From assembly GCA_017517275.1 (NCBI GenBank), contig JAFWZX010000012.1, positions 52,434-116,433 on the forward strand: a stretch of 64,000 bases of DNA, in the 5' to 3' direction. Below are positions 29,815-40,376 of the stretch, one piece after another; position 1 is the first letter of the stretch, and each line of letters starts with the position of its first letter. The DNA comes from Clostridia bacterium. GTDB lineage: Bacteria > Bacillota > Clostridia > UBA1212 > UBA1255. A program made the translations under genes and the position numbers. The notes below the pieces were generated by a model. It saw only the letters and a list, made by a program, of their open reading frames with translations. It was not told the DNA's origin and made no database searches.

Positions 29815-30834
29815 TTATTTATCTCTGATATAATCAAAGAATAACGGTAATCCGCCTGTGTGAACAAATAAAATATTGGCGTTTTTGATATCCTTGTCCT
29901 TTATATAGTTAATCATACCGTTAAAGGCTTTGCCGGTATACGTCTGATCGCATTCAATTCCATTATATTTTACCATATTCGTACAAATCTTATCCACGTC
30001 ATCATTAGACAGACTGTATCCTCCGAGTACGTAGTCATCTGTGTAAATAATTTCTTTTACTCTCTTTTCACTATCAACAGTGATTCCCATATCATTGAAA
30101 ACTCTGTCAAGATGAAGATTGAGCACGTCCATACCACGTTGGTATGCTCGTGAAATTGAAATACCCACAATCTTAGGGTCAGGAAGTCCGGCTTGTCCAT
30201 AGTGAGGAGAAAGAAGCTTACCTATAATCATACCGGCCTGTGTAGTACCGCTGCCAGAAGCCAGGAAAATATAATCGAAGTGGCAACCTGAATCAATCTG
30301 ATATCTGTCAATCTCGCCATACGCTTCTATATACGCGCGGCAAGAAGCAACCTCTGCTTCATCATCTTTTATATAGTAAGGATTATATCCTTTTGCGATA
30401 AGGTCTGCCTTGAGCTTAGCTACCACTTGCGGAACGTCTGCTTTTGCACAAGTTACAACGTTCGCACCAAAGCTTCGCACCATTGACCCGTTAAAAGCCT
30501 TAGTACAACCATGGTCATCATCCAAAACGGATATAACGTAGCAGGGAATATTCAATGCGCAACAGAAATTAGAAGTAGTCCTGCAAAGATTAGATCTGAT
30601 ATTTCCGTATGTTATAAGGCAGTCTTTCCCCTTTGCCTTCATATCCAGAATAACCTTCTGTGCTATTCTGACTTTGTTTCCTCCAAAAGAAAATGGTTGG
30701 AGATCGTCTCTTTTTATGTAAAATTTATTACCGTTATACTTATAATCATCAATCGGGACCGTAAGCTCGTGTATCGGCGTTTCAAAAACTGTATGCGCTA
30801 TATTCATTTTATATCCTCCGTCTTCTTCATTCAC
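29815..30834 (-). CDS. PLP-dependent ACC deaminase / D-cysteine desulfhydrase family enzyme
   Basis: YIKRDDL...FGGNKVR motif and Gly-rich loop SGSGTTQAG typical of fold-type II PLP enzymes of the ACCD/DcyD family. Confidence 0.7.
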   Translation of the reverse strand: MNEEDGGYKMNIAHTVFETPIHELTVPIDDYKYNGNKFYIKRDDLQPFSFGGNKVRIAQKVILDMKAKGKDCLITYGNIRSNLCRTTSNFCCALNIPCYVISVLDDDHGCTKAFNGSMVRSFGANVVTCAKADVPQVVAKLKADLIAKGYNPYYIKDDEAEVASCRAYIEAYGEIDRYQIDSGCHFDYIFLASGSGTTQAGMIIGKLLSPHYGQAGLPDPKIVGISISRAYQRGMDVLNLHLDRVFNDMGITVDSEKRVKEIIYTDDYVLGGYSLSNDDVDKICTNMVKYNGIECDQTYTGKAFNGMINYIKDKDIKNANILFVHTGGLPLFFDYIRDK

Positions 30835-30934
30835 ATTGTGCTACATATGTTAATACTAAATAAAAATATATTCAAGCTGTTTTTTCCTGGGCGAATATGT
30901 TATAATCCATATACTATTTTATGGAGGGATTACA

Positions 30935-31816
30935 ATGAATAAAGCTTGTATATATCAAATTACCAATTCTCTTATGGATTTGATGATGTCATACGTTATC
31001 AAAACAAAAAACGGCAAAATCGTAGTTATCGACGGTGGATATTTAGGAGAAGACATAACCTTTTTTATGAACTATCTTAAGGAAATATCTGAATCTGATC
31101 ATCCGGTTATTGATGCATGGTTCTTTACACATATGCACGAAGATCACATGACGTCCTTTGCGGCACTTATCAATAAGTTCGGAAATGAAATAACCGTAAA
31201 AAACGTATATTTCAATTTTCCAAGCAGAGATTTCATGTCACGTGTTGAAAAGGGAAATTCATATTTTGTATATGATCCTTTCGAGAAAGCATACGACTCT
31301 ATTTTCGGTGAAGGAAGTCTTAAAGCAGCTAATACAAAGACTTGCTTTGAAGGTGATAAATTCCAGTTGGATGAGGATTGTACAATGGAAGTTTTGCTTG
31401 TTATGGAGGAAAGCGAGACTGCAAATAATATAAATGATACTTCCAGTGTTTTCCTTCTCACCGCATACGGGCAGCGCATTATCTTCCTTGGTGACTGCTA
31501 CATCAACGCCGGTAAGAGGCTTCTAGATAAATACGGCAGCCGTCTCAAAAGTGACGTTTGCCAGATGGCTCATCACGGACAAAGCGGTGTTAATCTTGAT
31601 GTTTACCAGGCAATTGCGCCTAAAATGTGTTTGTGGCCTACTCCTACATGGGTATATGACAACAGGAACGGCAATCTTCGCACTTTGGAAGTTCGTACCT
31701 GGATGCATGATATGGGTGTAGAATATAATCTTATCGCCGGTATTCACGGCACTGTAAAATGTGATTTACCTTTCGATTTTGAAAAAATTGAAAAATATTC
31801 CGTTGAAGTAAAATAA
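30935..31816 (+). CDS. MBL-fold metallo-hydrolase (ComEC-type motifs), cytoplasmic paralog
   Basis: FTHMHEDHMT and LKSDVCQMAHHG motifs; no signal peptide. Confidence 0.75.
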   Translation: MNKACIYQITNSLMDLMMSYVIKTKNGKIVVIDGGYLGEDITFFMNYLKEISESDHPVIDAWFFTHMHEDHMTSFAALINKFGNEITVKNVYFNFPSRDFMSRVEKGNSYFVYDPFEKAYDSIFGEGSLKAANTKTCFEGDKFQLDEDCTMEVLLVMEESETANNINDTSSVFLLTAYGQRIIFLGDCYINAGKRLLDKYGSRLKSDVCQMAHHGQSGVNLDVYQAIAPKMCLWPTPTWVYDNRNGNLRTLEVRTWMHDMGVEYNLIAGIHGTVKCDLPFDFEKIEKYSVEVK

Positions 31817-31898
31817 TTGAAAACGTTTGACGACCTGCGTGATTATTCTCTTTGTCAGTGAAAAGTCGCGCAGGCCGATTTTTTTACTCAGTATTACA

Positions 31899-33275
31899 TT
31901 AACATCTGCACTCTGCAATTTCACCTGTTTGTGTGTCCACATATACGTAGACGTCTCGACCCATTGCAGAACATTTATATTCAAAAACGTGTTTTTCCGT
32001 TTTATACTCCGTCATAATTACTGCTTCCCGACTCTCTTCAACTCTGACTTTTTTACTTATTTTTTCCATTCCTTCTTCTATGGAAAAAGCCGGCTTTTCT
32101 AAATATCTTCCTTCGTGGCAACATAAATAATTATGACCGTCAAATCCGATTATATTTCCTGTAACCAGTGAAATTTTTACGTTGCACGTATCAGGATAGT
32201 AATATACGCCGTCTTTTACATATACATAACTTACTGTATACTCATTTCCTTGTCTGATTCCTGACAAAACTTCCATATTTTCGTATCCGTTTTCTTCTAA
32301 AAATTCTCTTCCCTTTTCTTCCGCTTCCGTCGTATCAATTGTCGCCTGACCATTTTCACCTACAGACATGAACGTACAAAGAAAGCCCCCTTGCTTAGTA
32401 ATATCAACGTTGGCTAAAAATTCTTTGTTTTCCGGTTGAAAAACAGTAAAACAAAGAACTTCCATATTATTTACCATATGATTTCCTTCGTAGCGAATCT
32501 CTGAATATTCTTTTCTTACCTGTGAAAAAAGCTTGCGTACTACGTCTTCTGCTTCTGTGCGTGAAAATTCTTTCCCGCTTAATCCACGAGGCTGGATTTT
32601 ACATATATGGGAAGAAAACTTGCCATCGTATTCCAATTCCGGAAAGTTAGTAAATGGATCTGAAAACCTTTTAAGGCTTGCATTTTGATCGGCAAGAACT
32701 TTATCATGAGTAATATTTTTACTTTTTTTTGTAAGCTCGTTCCAGGTACATTTGCCGGCTGACAGTTCCTCGTGTATTCCGCAAAGAGCTCCCGACAGAT
32801 CGCGGCAATATCCGCACAGCGATTCTAACATGCTGTTTTCTTCTTCTGAAAGCTCATCTCCCGATGACAGCTTCCTGCTACAGGCTCCGGCAACGTCGCT
32901 TAGCGTAACCAGATACCGTGACACGTTTTCTTGAGCAGCTTCATCAATCGGCAAATTAACTAAATCTTCCTCTGCCATCATCGTATATCGTCTGGCTTCT
33001 GACAGATAATTCGTTGTCTGACAGGGAGAAGCACTGACCATTGCCATAAATAAACAGTCTTCTGCAGAATTAACGTATTCAATCATATTAACAAAGGACT
33101 GCTCTGCGTAATTTTGCAACACAATCTCTTGTTTGCGGCTTTTTACACTGAAATAAATGCCATAAACTACCAGCGCAACCACTACAACACCGATTAACGT
33201 AGCAGCAACAGTATTCTTTATTACACTACGATACTCCGTTTTTTGTTCTTTATATATATATTCTGTATTATCCAT
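31899..33275 (-). CDS. ypeB: YpeB-like sporulation/germination protein (N-terminal TM anchor, PepSY-type C-terminal repeats), Cys-rich
   Basis: N-terminal TM helix. C-terminal PepSY-like motifs (YTVSYVYVKDGVYYY..., YVYVDTQTGEI). Size and architecture fit YpeB. Gene symbol is tentative. Confidence 0.45.
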   Translation of the reverse strand: MDNTEYIYKEQKTEYRSVIKNTVAATLIGVVVVALVVYGIYFSVKSRKQEIVLQNYAEQSFVNMIEYVNSAEDCLFMAMVSASPCQTTNYLSEARRYTMMAEEDLVNLPIDEAAQENVSRYLVTLSDVAGACSRKLSSGDELSEEENSMLESLCGYCRDLSGALCGIHEELSAGKCTWNELTKKSKNITHDKVLADQNASLKRFSDPFTNFPELEYDGKFSSHICKIQPRGLSGKEFSRTEAEDVVRKLFSQVRKEYSEIRYEGNHMVNNMEVLCFTVFQPENKEFLANVDITKQGGFLCTFMSVGENGQATIDTTEAEEKGREFLEENGYENMEVLSGIRQGNEYTVSYVYVKDGVYYYPDTCNVKISLVTGNIIGFDGHNYLCCHEGRYLEKPAFSIEEGMEKISKKVRVEESREAVIMTEYKTEKHVFEYKCSAMGRDVYVYVDTQTGEIAECRC

Positions 33276-33340
33276 GAGTTTATCCTTTCACTGATATGTT
33301 TCGGAAATATCATGTGCAGAACAAACTATTAATATTCATT

Positions 33341-34231
33341 TTATTCGCCGACGAACGATACGACAAATGCTCTGTAACCTTGTGAAATATACTTACTTTT
33401 TATAATTTCCAACATTTCGTAATCCCGGGATAAACCAAATACCGTAGACCCGCTTCCCGACATCATCGCCGCGTCACATCCTTCTTTAAGCAATTCTTCT
33501 TTAAGCTCTTTTATTTGAGGATGCATTTGAAATACAGGGATTTCCAGAACGTTTTTCATTTCAGATATCATCACATCGTATTTTTCCATTGCTATTGCGT
33601 CTATGATTTTTTTTGTATTCGGGTGAGCGCTATCCGGTATAGAACAAGCATCATACATGGCATATACGTCTTTGGTTGAAACAAAAATTCCGGGATTTAC
33701 CAAAACTGCGCCTATTTTCTTCAGTGGCGGAATTTTTTTTAGTTCCGTACCTGTACCGGTCGCAAGACATGCACCTTTTTCCAGTAAAAACGGGACGTCC
33801 GATCCTATTTCTGCAGCATAACTTTTCATCTTATCGTGAGACAAGCCGAGTTTGAGCAAACTGTTTAAACCTCGTATCGTTGCAGCAGCGTCGCTTGATC
33901 CTCCGCCAAGGCCGGCTCCCACAGGAATCCTTTTTTGCAGATGAATATAAATAGAATCCTTAATAACAGGATAATCCTCCATAATCCGGCAAGCAGCCTG
34001 ATATGCTAAATTTCTTTCACCGGAAGGAATAAAATACTTATTAGTCGTAACGAGAATCTTATTTTTTTGCTCTTGATTTGAAGAGAATCCTACTGTTACC
34101 GTGTCAAACAGATTAACAGTATGCATCACGGTTTCCACTTTGTGCATGCCGTCAGGGTAAAACCCTACTATATCCAGGGAAAGGTTCACTTTTGCATTTG
34201 CTTTTAGCTCAATCTTTTCAAAGGATCTCAT
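33341..34231 (-). CDS. ispE: 4-diphosphocytidyl-2-C-methyl-D-erythritol kinase IspE
   Basis: AKVNLSLDI, PVGAGLGGGSSDAAA GHMP-kinase motif. Confidence 0.9.
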   Translation of the reverse strand: MRSFEKIELKANAKVNLSLDIVGFYPDGMHKVETVMHTVNLFDTVTVGFSSNQEQKNKILVTTNKYFIPSGERNLAYQAACRIMEDYPVIKDSIYIHLQKRIPVGAGLGGGSSDAAATIRGLNSLLKLGLSHDKMKSYAAEIGSDVPFLLEKGACLATGTGTELKKIPPLKKIGAVLVNPGIFVSTKDVYAMYDACSIPDSAHPNTKKIIDAIAMEKYDVMISEMKNVLEIPVFQMHPQIKELKEELLKEGCDAAMMSGSGSTVFGLSRDYEMLEIIKSKYISQGYRAFVVSFVGE

Positions 34232-34233
34232 AA

Positions 34234-34698
34234 TTACTTGTGATACTTCTCTCCATTATTAATTTTCATTGCTCTATATATCTGCTCTACGAGAATCGCA
34301 CGAGCCATTTGATGGGTAAAAGTTAATTTCGACATACAAAAGGAACTGTCAGAAAAGTTTCTGATTTTATCTGACAATCCGTCTGAACCGCCTATAAAGA
34401 AAACGATATGAGAAAAGCCTTGTAGCGGTATTTTCTCAATCTGTTCTGCCAGCTGTTCTGATGATAATTCTTTTCCCTTAAGGTCAAGTACAATTTTATA
34501 TGCATCCGAGGGTGTCTTGCGAATCATAGCATCGCATTCTGTCTCAATTCTTTTGGACGTGTCGACATTTTGATCTTCCGCTACTTCAATAATCGATATT
34601 TTGGCATACTTTGTTAATCGGAGGCAATAATCAGAAATGGCCTCCTGCATATATTTTTCTTTTATTTTTCCAACGCAAATTATACTGATGCGGAGCAT
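34234..34698 (-). CDS. rlmH: 23S rRNA (pseudouridine1915-N3)-methyltransferase RlmH
   Basis: Aligns end-to-end with B. subtilis RlmH (…FIGGSDGLSD…LVEQIYRA…). Start at MLRISI, one nt after the murA stop. Confidence 0.85.
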   Translation of the reverse strand: MLRISIICVGKIKEKYMQEAISDYCLRLTKYAKISIIEVAEDQNVDTSKRIETECDAMIRKTPSDAYKIVLDLKGKELSSEQLAEQIEKIPLQGFSHIVFFIGGSDGLSDKIRNFSDSSFCMSKLTFTHQMARAILVEQIYRAMKINNGEKYHK

Positions 34699-34699
34699 A

Positions 34700-35989
34700 T
34701 CAGTTCTCCCCGCTATCATTTGACACTATTCTGAAAATATCTGCACCTACAGAAGCGAGTTTACCTTCAATGTTATCGTAGCCTCTGTCTATTAAATGAA
34801 TATCATGAATATACGTCTGTCCGTAGGCAACCAGTCCCGCTATAATAAGTGCAGCCCCGGCTCTTAGGTCATGACACCTGACTGAGGCAGCTCTATAACG
34901 CTGCTTTCCGCTAATCAAGGCCATCTTACCTGCTACCGTAATCTCTGCTCCCATCCTTTTTATCTCATCTATGTAATGGAAACGGCTGTCAGAGACATTC
35001 TCTGTTACCTTACTGGTACCGTCTGCCAAAGAAAGAAGCACTGATATCTGCGGCTGTAGATCCGTTGGAAATCCGGGATAAGGTGAAGTTTTTACCTGAG
35101 CTGCACAAATCGGACCGTTGTGATATACCCGAATCCAATCCTCACCCTCTTCTACTCCTACGTTCATTTCCTGAAGCTTGGCTGTAAGAGCCTCCTGATG
35201 CTTAGGAATAATGTTTTTTACAGTCAAATCCCCGCCGGTAGCAGCTCCTGCAATCAAGAAAGTTCCAGCCTCAATCTGATCCGGAATAATAGAATATGTA
35301 ATACCGCCTCTTAACTGCGGCACACCGGTGATTTTAATTGTATCGGTACCTGCACCTCTTATCTTTGCACCCATAGAGTTTAAGAAGTTTGCAACGTCAA
35401 CGACGTGAGGCTCTTTTGCACAATTCTCGATAACCGTCTGCCCTACGGCGCGACAAGCTACAATCATCAGATTGATAGTAGCGCCCACAGATACAACGTC
35501 AAGATATATGTTACTTCCGATAAGGAAGGTATCATCTTTCTTAGTATTGAAAAAGATTCTGTCATAGCTTTCTTCAATGGAAATACCCAGAGCCTGGAAT
35601 CCTTTAAGATGCTGGTCTATAGGTCTTGTACCCAATTGGCATCCTCCCGGTTGCGACACAATAGCTTTACCAAATTTTCCCAGCAAAGCTCCCATAAAAT
35701 AATAAGATCCCCTAAGTCTTGCCATTTCATCGAATGTAGCATCATAAGACGTAACTCCTGTAGGATCTATTTTGACAACGTCTCCTGAAAGGCGCTGACA
35801 AGTCGCACCTAATTTACACAAAATATCCAGCATAACGTTAACATCTGAGATATTAGGAACGTTTTCTATAATACAAGGGGCATCAGCAAGCAAAACAGCA
35901 GGTAAAATACCAACTGCCGCATTCTTACTACCGCTCACAGTAATCTCTCCTCTAAGCGGTTTACCACCTGAAATAACAAATTTACTCAA
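34700..35989 (-). CDS. murA: UDP-N-acetylglucosamine 1-carboxyvinyltransferase MurA
   Basis: KNAA…LLADAP, catalytic Cys region and 429 aa typical of MurA. Confidence 0.95.
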   Translation of the reverse strand: MSKFVISGGKPLRGEITVSGSKNAAVGILPAVLLADAPCIIENVPNISDVNVMLDILCKLGATCQRLSGDVVKIDPTGVTSYDATFDEMARLRGSYYFMGALLGKFGKAIVSQPGGCQLGTRPIDQHLKGFQALGISIEESYDRIFFNTKKDDTFLIGSNIYLDVVSVGATINLMIVACRAVGQTVIENCAKEPHVVDVANFLNSMGAKIRGAGTDTIKITGVPQLRGGITYSIIPDQIEAGTFLIAGAATGGDLTVKNIIPKHQEALTAKLQEMNVGVEEGEDWIRVYHNGPICAAQVKTSPYPGFPTDLQPQISVLLSLADGTSKVTENVSDSRFHYIDEIKRMGAEITVAGKMALISGKQRYRAASVRCHDLRAGAALIIAGLVAYGQTYIHDIHLIDRGYDNIEGKLASVGADIFRIVSNDSGEN

Positions 35990-36237
35990 TTAAAACACAC
36001 CCGTCCAGAATTTTTATCTTTTGTAATAAATGCATATACCGGTAAATGAGTATAGCATACCCACACATGACACGCAATATTTTTTTGTTTCCCATATGAA
36101 CCAATGATTCTTTACGATATTACTTTTTAGACTTGTTTGACCGCCTAATCATTATACAAGGTCGCATGATCTACGCAAATTCCACCTTTGCCCTTGTTAT
36201 CATTTTATGATACTATACCCACAGAAAATCATTAGGA

Positions 36238-37494
36238 GTGTTTATAATGTACGAAAAATATAAAGCATTATTTGAAAAATACGCAGAACTTACAGTAAAA
36301 ATCGGCGCAAACGTACAAAAGGGCCAATACGTTGTAATTAATTGTCCTGTAGACAGCAGCCCCTTTGGTCGCATGGTGTCAAAAGCCGCATACGAAAGTG
36401 GTGCAGCCTGGGTACAAATCAATTGGACAGATGAAGCTTCACACCTTTTAGATTACAAGTATGCCGACAAGGATATGTTTGACACCGTTCCCCAGTGGAA
36501 AGTTGACTCTCGCCTTTATTATTGTGAAAAAGGTGCATGTTTCATCTCAATTCTCGGAGAAGATCCAGATATATTTGCAACAGCAGACCCGGAAAAAATA
36601 AAAAAAGATGCCGTTTCACGGTCGAAAGCACTTACAGGATATTACGAGTATATAATGGGAAATAAATGTTGCTGGACAATCGTTGCCGTTCCTGAAAAAA
36701 ATTGGGCCGATAAAATGTACGGAACAGAAAACAGCCTTGATTTACTTACAACTGATATTTTCAAAACGGTAAGAATACTTAACAGCAAAGGTGTCGTTAT
36801 CGCAGACCCCATCGCAGCATGGAAAGAGCATTGTAAAATAATAACTGATCGCTGCGCTTTTCTTAATGAGAAACAATTTAAGTATCTCCATTATAAAAGC
36901 AGCAACGGTACTGATCTTATGGTGGGGATGCCGGAGAATCATATCTGGATGGGAGCCGGAGAAGAATCAACGAACGGAACGTATTTCATCGCGAATATGC
37001 CTACAGAAGAAATTTTCAGTGCTCCTGATTATAGAAAAATTAACGGAAAGCTTATCTCATCGATGCCTCTTAGCTACATGGGAAACATTATCAATAATTT
37101 TGGTTTTGAATATAAAGACGGAAAAATTGTGAACTTCTTTGCAGAAACAGGTTATGAAACGTTGAAAAATCTTCTTTCTGTAGACGAGGAAACACAATAT
37201 CTGGGAGAAATCGCCTTAGTCGATAAGAAGACTCCTATCGCTGCCATGAAGACCGTTTTCTATAACACTTTGTTTGATGAGAATGCTTCTTGTCATTTTG
37301 CCTTAGGAGAAGCATATCCTTCCTGCATCCGAGGAGGACTTGACATGTCTCGTGATGAATTAAAGGAAAAGGGCATTAATTATTCTTTGGAACACGTCGA
37401 CTTTATGGTGGGAACAGAAGACTTGTCTATTATAGGCTATGATTCACAGGGAAATCCGACTGTTATTTTTGAAGACGGTTCTTTTGCATTCTAA
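36238..37494 (+). CDS. Aminopeptidase, M29 (AmpS/PepS) family
   Basis: M29 thermophilic aminopeptidase N-terminal signature (YAELTVKIGANVQKGQ) and length ~410 aa. Confidence 0.8.
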   Translation: MFIMYEKYKALFEKYAELTVKIGANVQKGQYVVINCPVDSSPFGRMVSKAAYESGAAWVQINWTDEASHLLDYKYADKDMFDTVPQWKVDSRLYYCEKGACFISILGEDPDIFATADPEKIKKDAVSRSKALTGYYEYIMGNKCCWTIVAVPEKNWADKMYGTENSLDLLTTDIFKTVRILNSKGVVIADPIAAWKEHCKIITDRCAFLNEKQFKYLHYKSSNGTDLMVGMPENHIWMGAGEESTNGTYFIANMPTEEIFSAPDYRKINGKLISSMPLSYMGNIINNFGFEYKDGKIVNFFAETGYETLKNLLSVDEETQYLGEIALVDKKTPIAAMKTVFYNTLFDENASCHFALGEAYPSCIRGGLDMSRDELKEKGINYSLEHVDFMVGTEDLSIIGYDSQGNPTVIFEDGSFAF

Positions 37495-38311
37495 AAATCA
37501 CTGCTTTCGATTTTCCGATTATCATATAAATCAAAAAACCAACAATATTTACGCACACCACACTGGCCCCGGGTGGTGTGCTATATATAAATGATAAGCA
37601 CATTCCAATAAAGAAACATGCAACCGACAAAAGCCCGGAAGATATTACCGTCCCCTTAAAACTTTTGAAAACTCTCATAGAAGATAAAGCCGGGAAAATT
37701 ATTAATGCTGAGATCAACAACGAGCCCATAAGTCTCATTCCCAGCACTATGGTAAGTGCCGTCAGTATTGCCATAAGCGTATTATATATGCCGGTTTTAA
37801 TGCCTGTAGCCTTTGAAAAGCTTTCGTCAAACGTCACAGCAAAGATTTTCACGTAGAAAAGAACGTACATTATTATAACAACGACAGATAAAATAACTGA
37901 AATCAGTACATCACTGCTACTAAGGGCCAATATACTTCCAAACATGTAGTTATAAATATCGATATTACTTCCTTTTCCAAACGACATAATCACAACACCC
38001 ACAGCCAGCGCTCCTGTGGAAATAACGGCGATCGCCGCATCTCCTTTGAGTTTGCTATTTTCGCTTACCCTAAGCAGCACTATTGCAGCAAGAACAACTA
38101 CAGGGATAGCAATCTTCATGGGTGCTGCATTCATAGCCGTTGCAATAGCCAAAGCTCCGAATCCCACATGAGACAATCCGTCACCAATCATAGAATATTT
38201 CTTTAAAACAAGCGGCACTCCCAGTAAAGATGCACAAAAAGAGACTAAGCCCCCTACAATTAATGCCCGTATCATAAAGGTATAATTAAACATTTCTGCA
38301 ATTGTTTCCAT
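37463..38311 (-). CDS. znuB: Metal (zinc/manganese) ABC transporter permease
   Basis: 8-TM ABC-3 family permease; in operon with the ATPase, SBP and Zur. Confidence 0.8.
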   Translation of the reverse strand: METIAEMFNYTFMIRALIVGGLVSFCASLLGVPLVLKKYSMIGDGLSHVGFGALAIATAMNAAPMKIAIPVVVLAAIVLLRVSENSKLKGDAAIAVISTGALAVGVVIMSFGKGSNIDIYNYMFGSILALSSSDVLISVILSVVVIIMYVLFYVKIFAVTFDESFSKATGIKTGIYNTLMAILTALTIVLGMRLMGSLLISALIIFPALSSMRVFKSFKGTVISSGLLSVACFFIGMCLSFIYSTPPGASVVCVNIVGFLIYMIIGKSKAVIFRMQKNRLQK

Positions 38312-39036
38312 TATATCTCACCTCCGCATTGCTCGCATTTAATTTCTCCCAGGAATTTCTTGCCCACGTCACTATGAATATACTGCCGTGTCTCGCCAAA
38401 GAAATACTTCCCTTCTTGCAAATGAAGAATGTGAGTAGCATACTTTATAGCAGACGGAAGGTCGTGGGTAACCATAATAACTGTAATGCCTGTTTTATTT
38501 AAATCTAATATCATTTCATACATTTCCTGTGTGACAAGCGGATCCAGACCGGCCATAGGTTCATCTAACAGAAGTAATTTTTCTGTGGCACAAAGAGCTC
38601 TAGCCAGCAGTACTCTTTGTTGTTGTCCTCCTGACAATTCCCTGTAACACTCTTTTTTCAGGTGCAAAATACCAAGTTTTTTCATATTGGCCGTAGCCCT
38701 GTTTTTATCAGCTTTAGTATAAAAAGGTAAAATAGACTTTTTGTTCAGACAACCGGATAATACTATTTCCCATACCGTTGCAGGAAAATCCTTCTGAACT
38801 ACCGTTTGTTGGGGCAAATATCCGATTTCTTTCCTTGCCACACCGTCTCCGAAGATTATTTCTCCTCCGCTGATGGCTTTAAGCGACAATATTGCTTTAA
38901 TTAACGTGCTTTTTCCGCTACCGTTTTCTCCTGCAACACAGCAATAGTCTCCTTTATTTATTTTAAAGCTAAGATCTGTCATTACTATTTTGTTTTCATA
39001 CGACAAAGAAATCTTATTACACGATATAATTGCCAC
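38311..39036 (-). CDS. znuC: Metal ABC transporter ATP-binding protein
   Basis: Walker A GENGSGKST, LSGGQQQR signature, Walker B LLLLDEP. Confidence 0.85.
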   Translation of the reverse strand: MAIISCNKISLSYENKIVMTDLSFKINKGDYCCVAGENGSGKSTLIKAILSLKAISGGEIIFGDGVARKEIGYLPQQTVVQKDFPATVWEIVLSGCLNKKSILPFYTKADKNRATANMKKLGILHLKKECYRELSGGQQQRVLLARALCATEKLLLLDEPMAGLDPLVTQEMYEMILDLNKTGITVIMVTHDLPSAIKYATHILHLQEGKYFFGETRQYIHSDVGKKFLGEIKCEQCGGEI

Positions 39037-39945
39037 TTACATTACCTCCATAATCGTTTCCAGATTCTGTCTCATCAAGGACAGATAGGTAACACCGCTG
39101 TCAAGCTCTTTTTGTGAAACGTTGTGACACGAGTGAAAAAGCCGTGCCTGTGCACCTGTCTCTTTCGCAATTGTTTCTGCTACTCTACTGTTAGAAAACT
39201 CAATGAAAAATACGGCTCTTATTTTTTCATTTTTTACAGTCTCTATTATTGTTGCCAATGTTCCTGCATCAGGCTCTGTTTCACTACTGCATCCCGGAAA
39301 TGCCGCAAGATAATCTAAGCCGAATTCATTTGCAAAGTAAATAAACGGAAATCTATCTCCGAAAACCATTTTTTTATTTGCACACTTTTCAAAAACAGAA
39401 GTAAACTCCTGTTTTATTATTTCTATTTCGTTGCAATAATTTGCGGCATTATTTGTATATTCTTCACTGTTTGTATTATCAAGAAGGCATATTTCTTTGC
39501 AAATATTCTGAATGATGCATATAGCGTTTTCCAATGACGTCCATACGTGCTCATCGTATTCCTCATGGAATCCGTGATCATGATTATTATTGACCAAAGC
39601 AACATGCTCCATCATTTTTACCGTCTTTGGCGGAGACTGCATTGTTTTTAATATTTTCTCCACCCACGTATCAGATTCGCCGCCTACGTAAATGAACAAG
39701 TCACATTCTTCTATTGCAATCATTTCCTTCGGTGACGGTTCATAGCCGTGACTCTCTATACCGGGAGGCAATAATTGCTGTACCGTAATATTTTCATTAT
39801 CTCCTATTACCTGTTTTGCAAAATCATATCCCGGAAAAACGGTGGATATTATTTTTATTTTACCGTCATCTTTCTTTTCATAGGTACAAGCCGGCAATAC
39901 AAAACATAGCATAAGAATAAAAATGATGAAAAGTCTTTTACTCAT
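39037..39945 (-). CDS. znuA: Metal ABC transporter substrate-binding lipoprotein (TroA/ZnuA family)
   Basis: Lipoprotein signal (…VLPAC), His-rich metal site and cluster-9 SBP fold. Start taken at MSKRLFII, overlapping the zur stop by 8 nt; the track ORF extends to 40026. Confidence 0.8.
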   Translation of the reverse strand: MSKRLFIIFILMLCFVLPACTYEKKDDGKIKIISTVFPGYDFAKQVIGDNENITVQQLLPPGIESHGYEPSPKEMIAIEECDLFIYVGGESDTWVEKILKTMQSPPKTVKMMEHVALVNNNHDHGFHEEYDEHVWTSLENAICIIQNICKEICLLDNTNSEEYTNNAANYCNEIEIIKQEFTSVFEKCANKKMVFGDRFPFIYFANEFGLDYLAAFPGCSSETEPDAGTLATIIETVKNEKIRAVFFIEFSNSRVAETIAKETGAQARLFHSCHNVSQKELDSGVTYLSLMRQNLETIMEVM

Positions 39946-40363
39946 GACAACAAAGCTCCTTTTTACAGATACATTCTTCGCATTGTCCGTATAGAACAGT
40001 CTTTGAGTTGTCCATAAAGAAACCATGATCTGATTGAAGGTGTTCTGCTATTTTTGCCAACAGTGTACAATCCATATGAATCAGTTTCCCACAGCTGTTA
40101 CATTTTAGGTGAAAATGCTCATGACTTTCTCTCTTCTCACAGTTATTTATTCTATACAACGCTCCGGAGCCGTTTTCTGCGGTATATTTACAAATTACCC
40201 CCTCTTCAGCAAGCTTTGCTAGCAATCTATATACTGTTGCCTGTCCAAGTTGGCCTTGAAGCAATTCGATTATTTCCTTTGAAGTAAAACATTTATCACT
40301 GTTTTGTTTAAATACTTGAGTGATTATTTCTCTTTGTTTTGTTTTATACTTTAGTTCTGCCAT
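39938..40363 (-). CDS. zur: Fur-family transcriptional regulator, probably Zur
   Basis: Fur-fold HTH plus C-terminal CxxC…CxxC clusters; first gene of the metal ABC operon. Confidence 0.75.
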   Translation of the reverse strand: MAELKYKTKQREIITQVFKQNSDKCFTSKEIIELLQGQLGQATVYRLLAKLAEEGVICKYTAENGSGALYRINNCEKRESHEHFHLKCNSCGKLIHMDCTLLAKIAEHLQSDHGFFMDNSKTVLYGQCEECICKKELCCHE

Positions 40364-40376
40364 GCGTTACCTCTTA

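Noticed and set aside
35990-36237. 248-bp intergenic region upstream of the M29 aminopeptidase, checked for a riboswitch or small RNA
   Set aside because: No recognisable conserved riboswitch core, no tRNA-like or T-box features. Likely just a promoter/leader.
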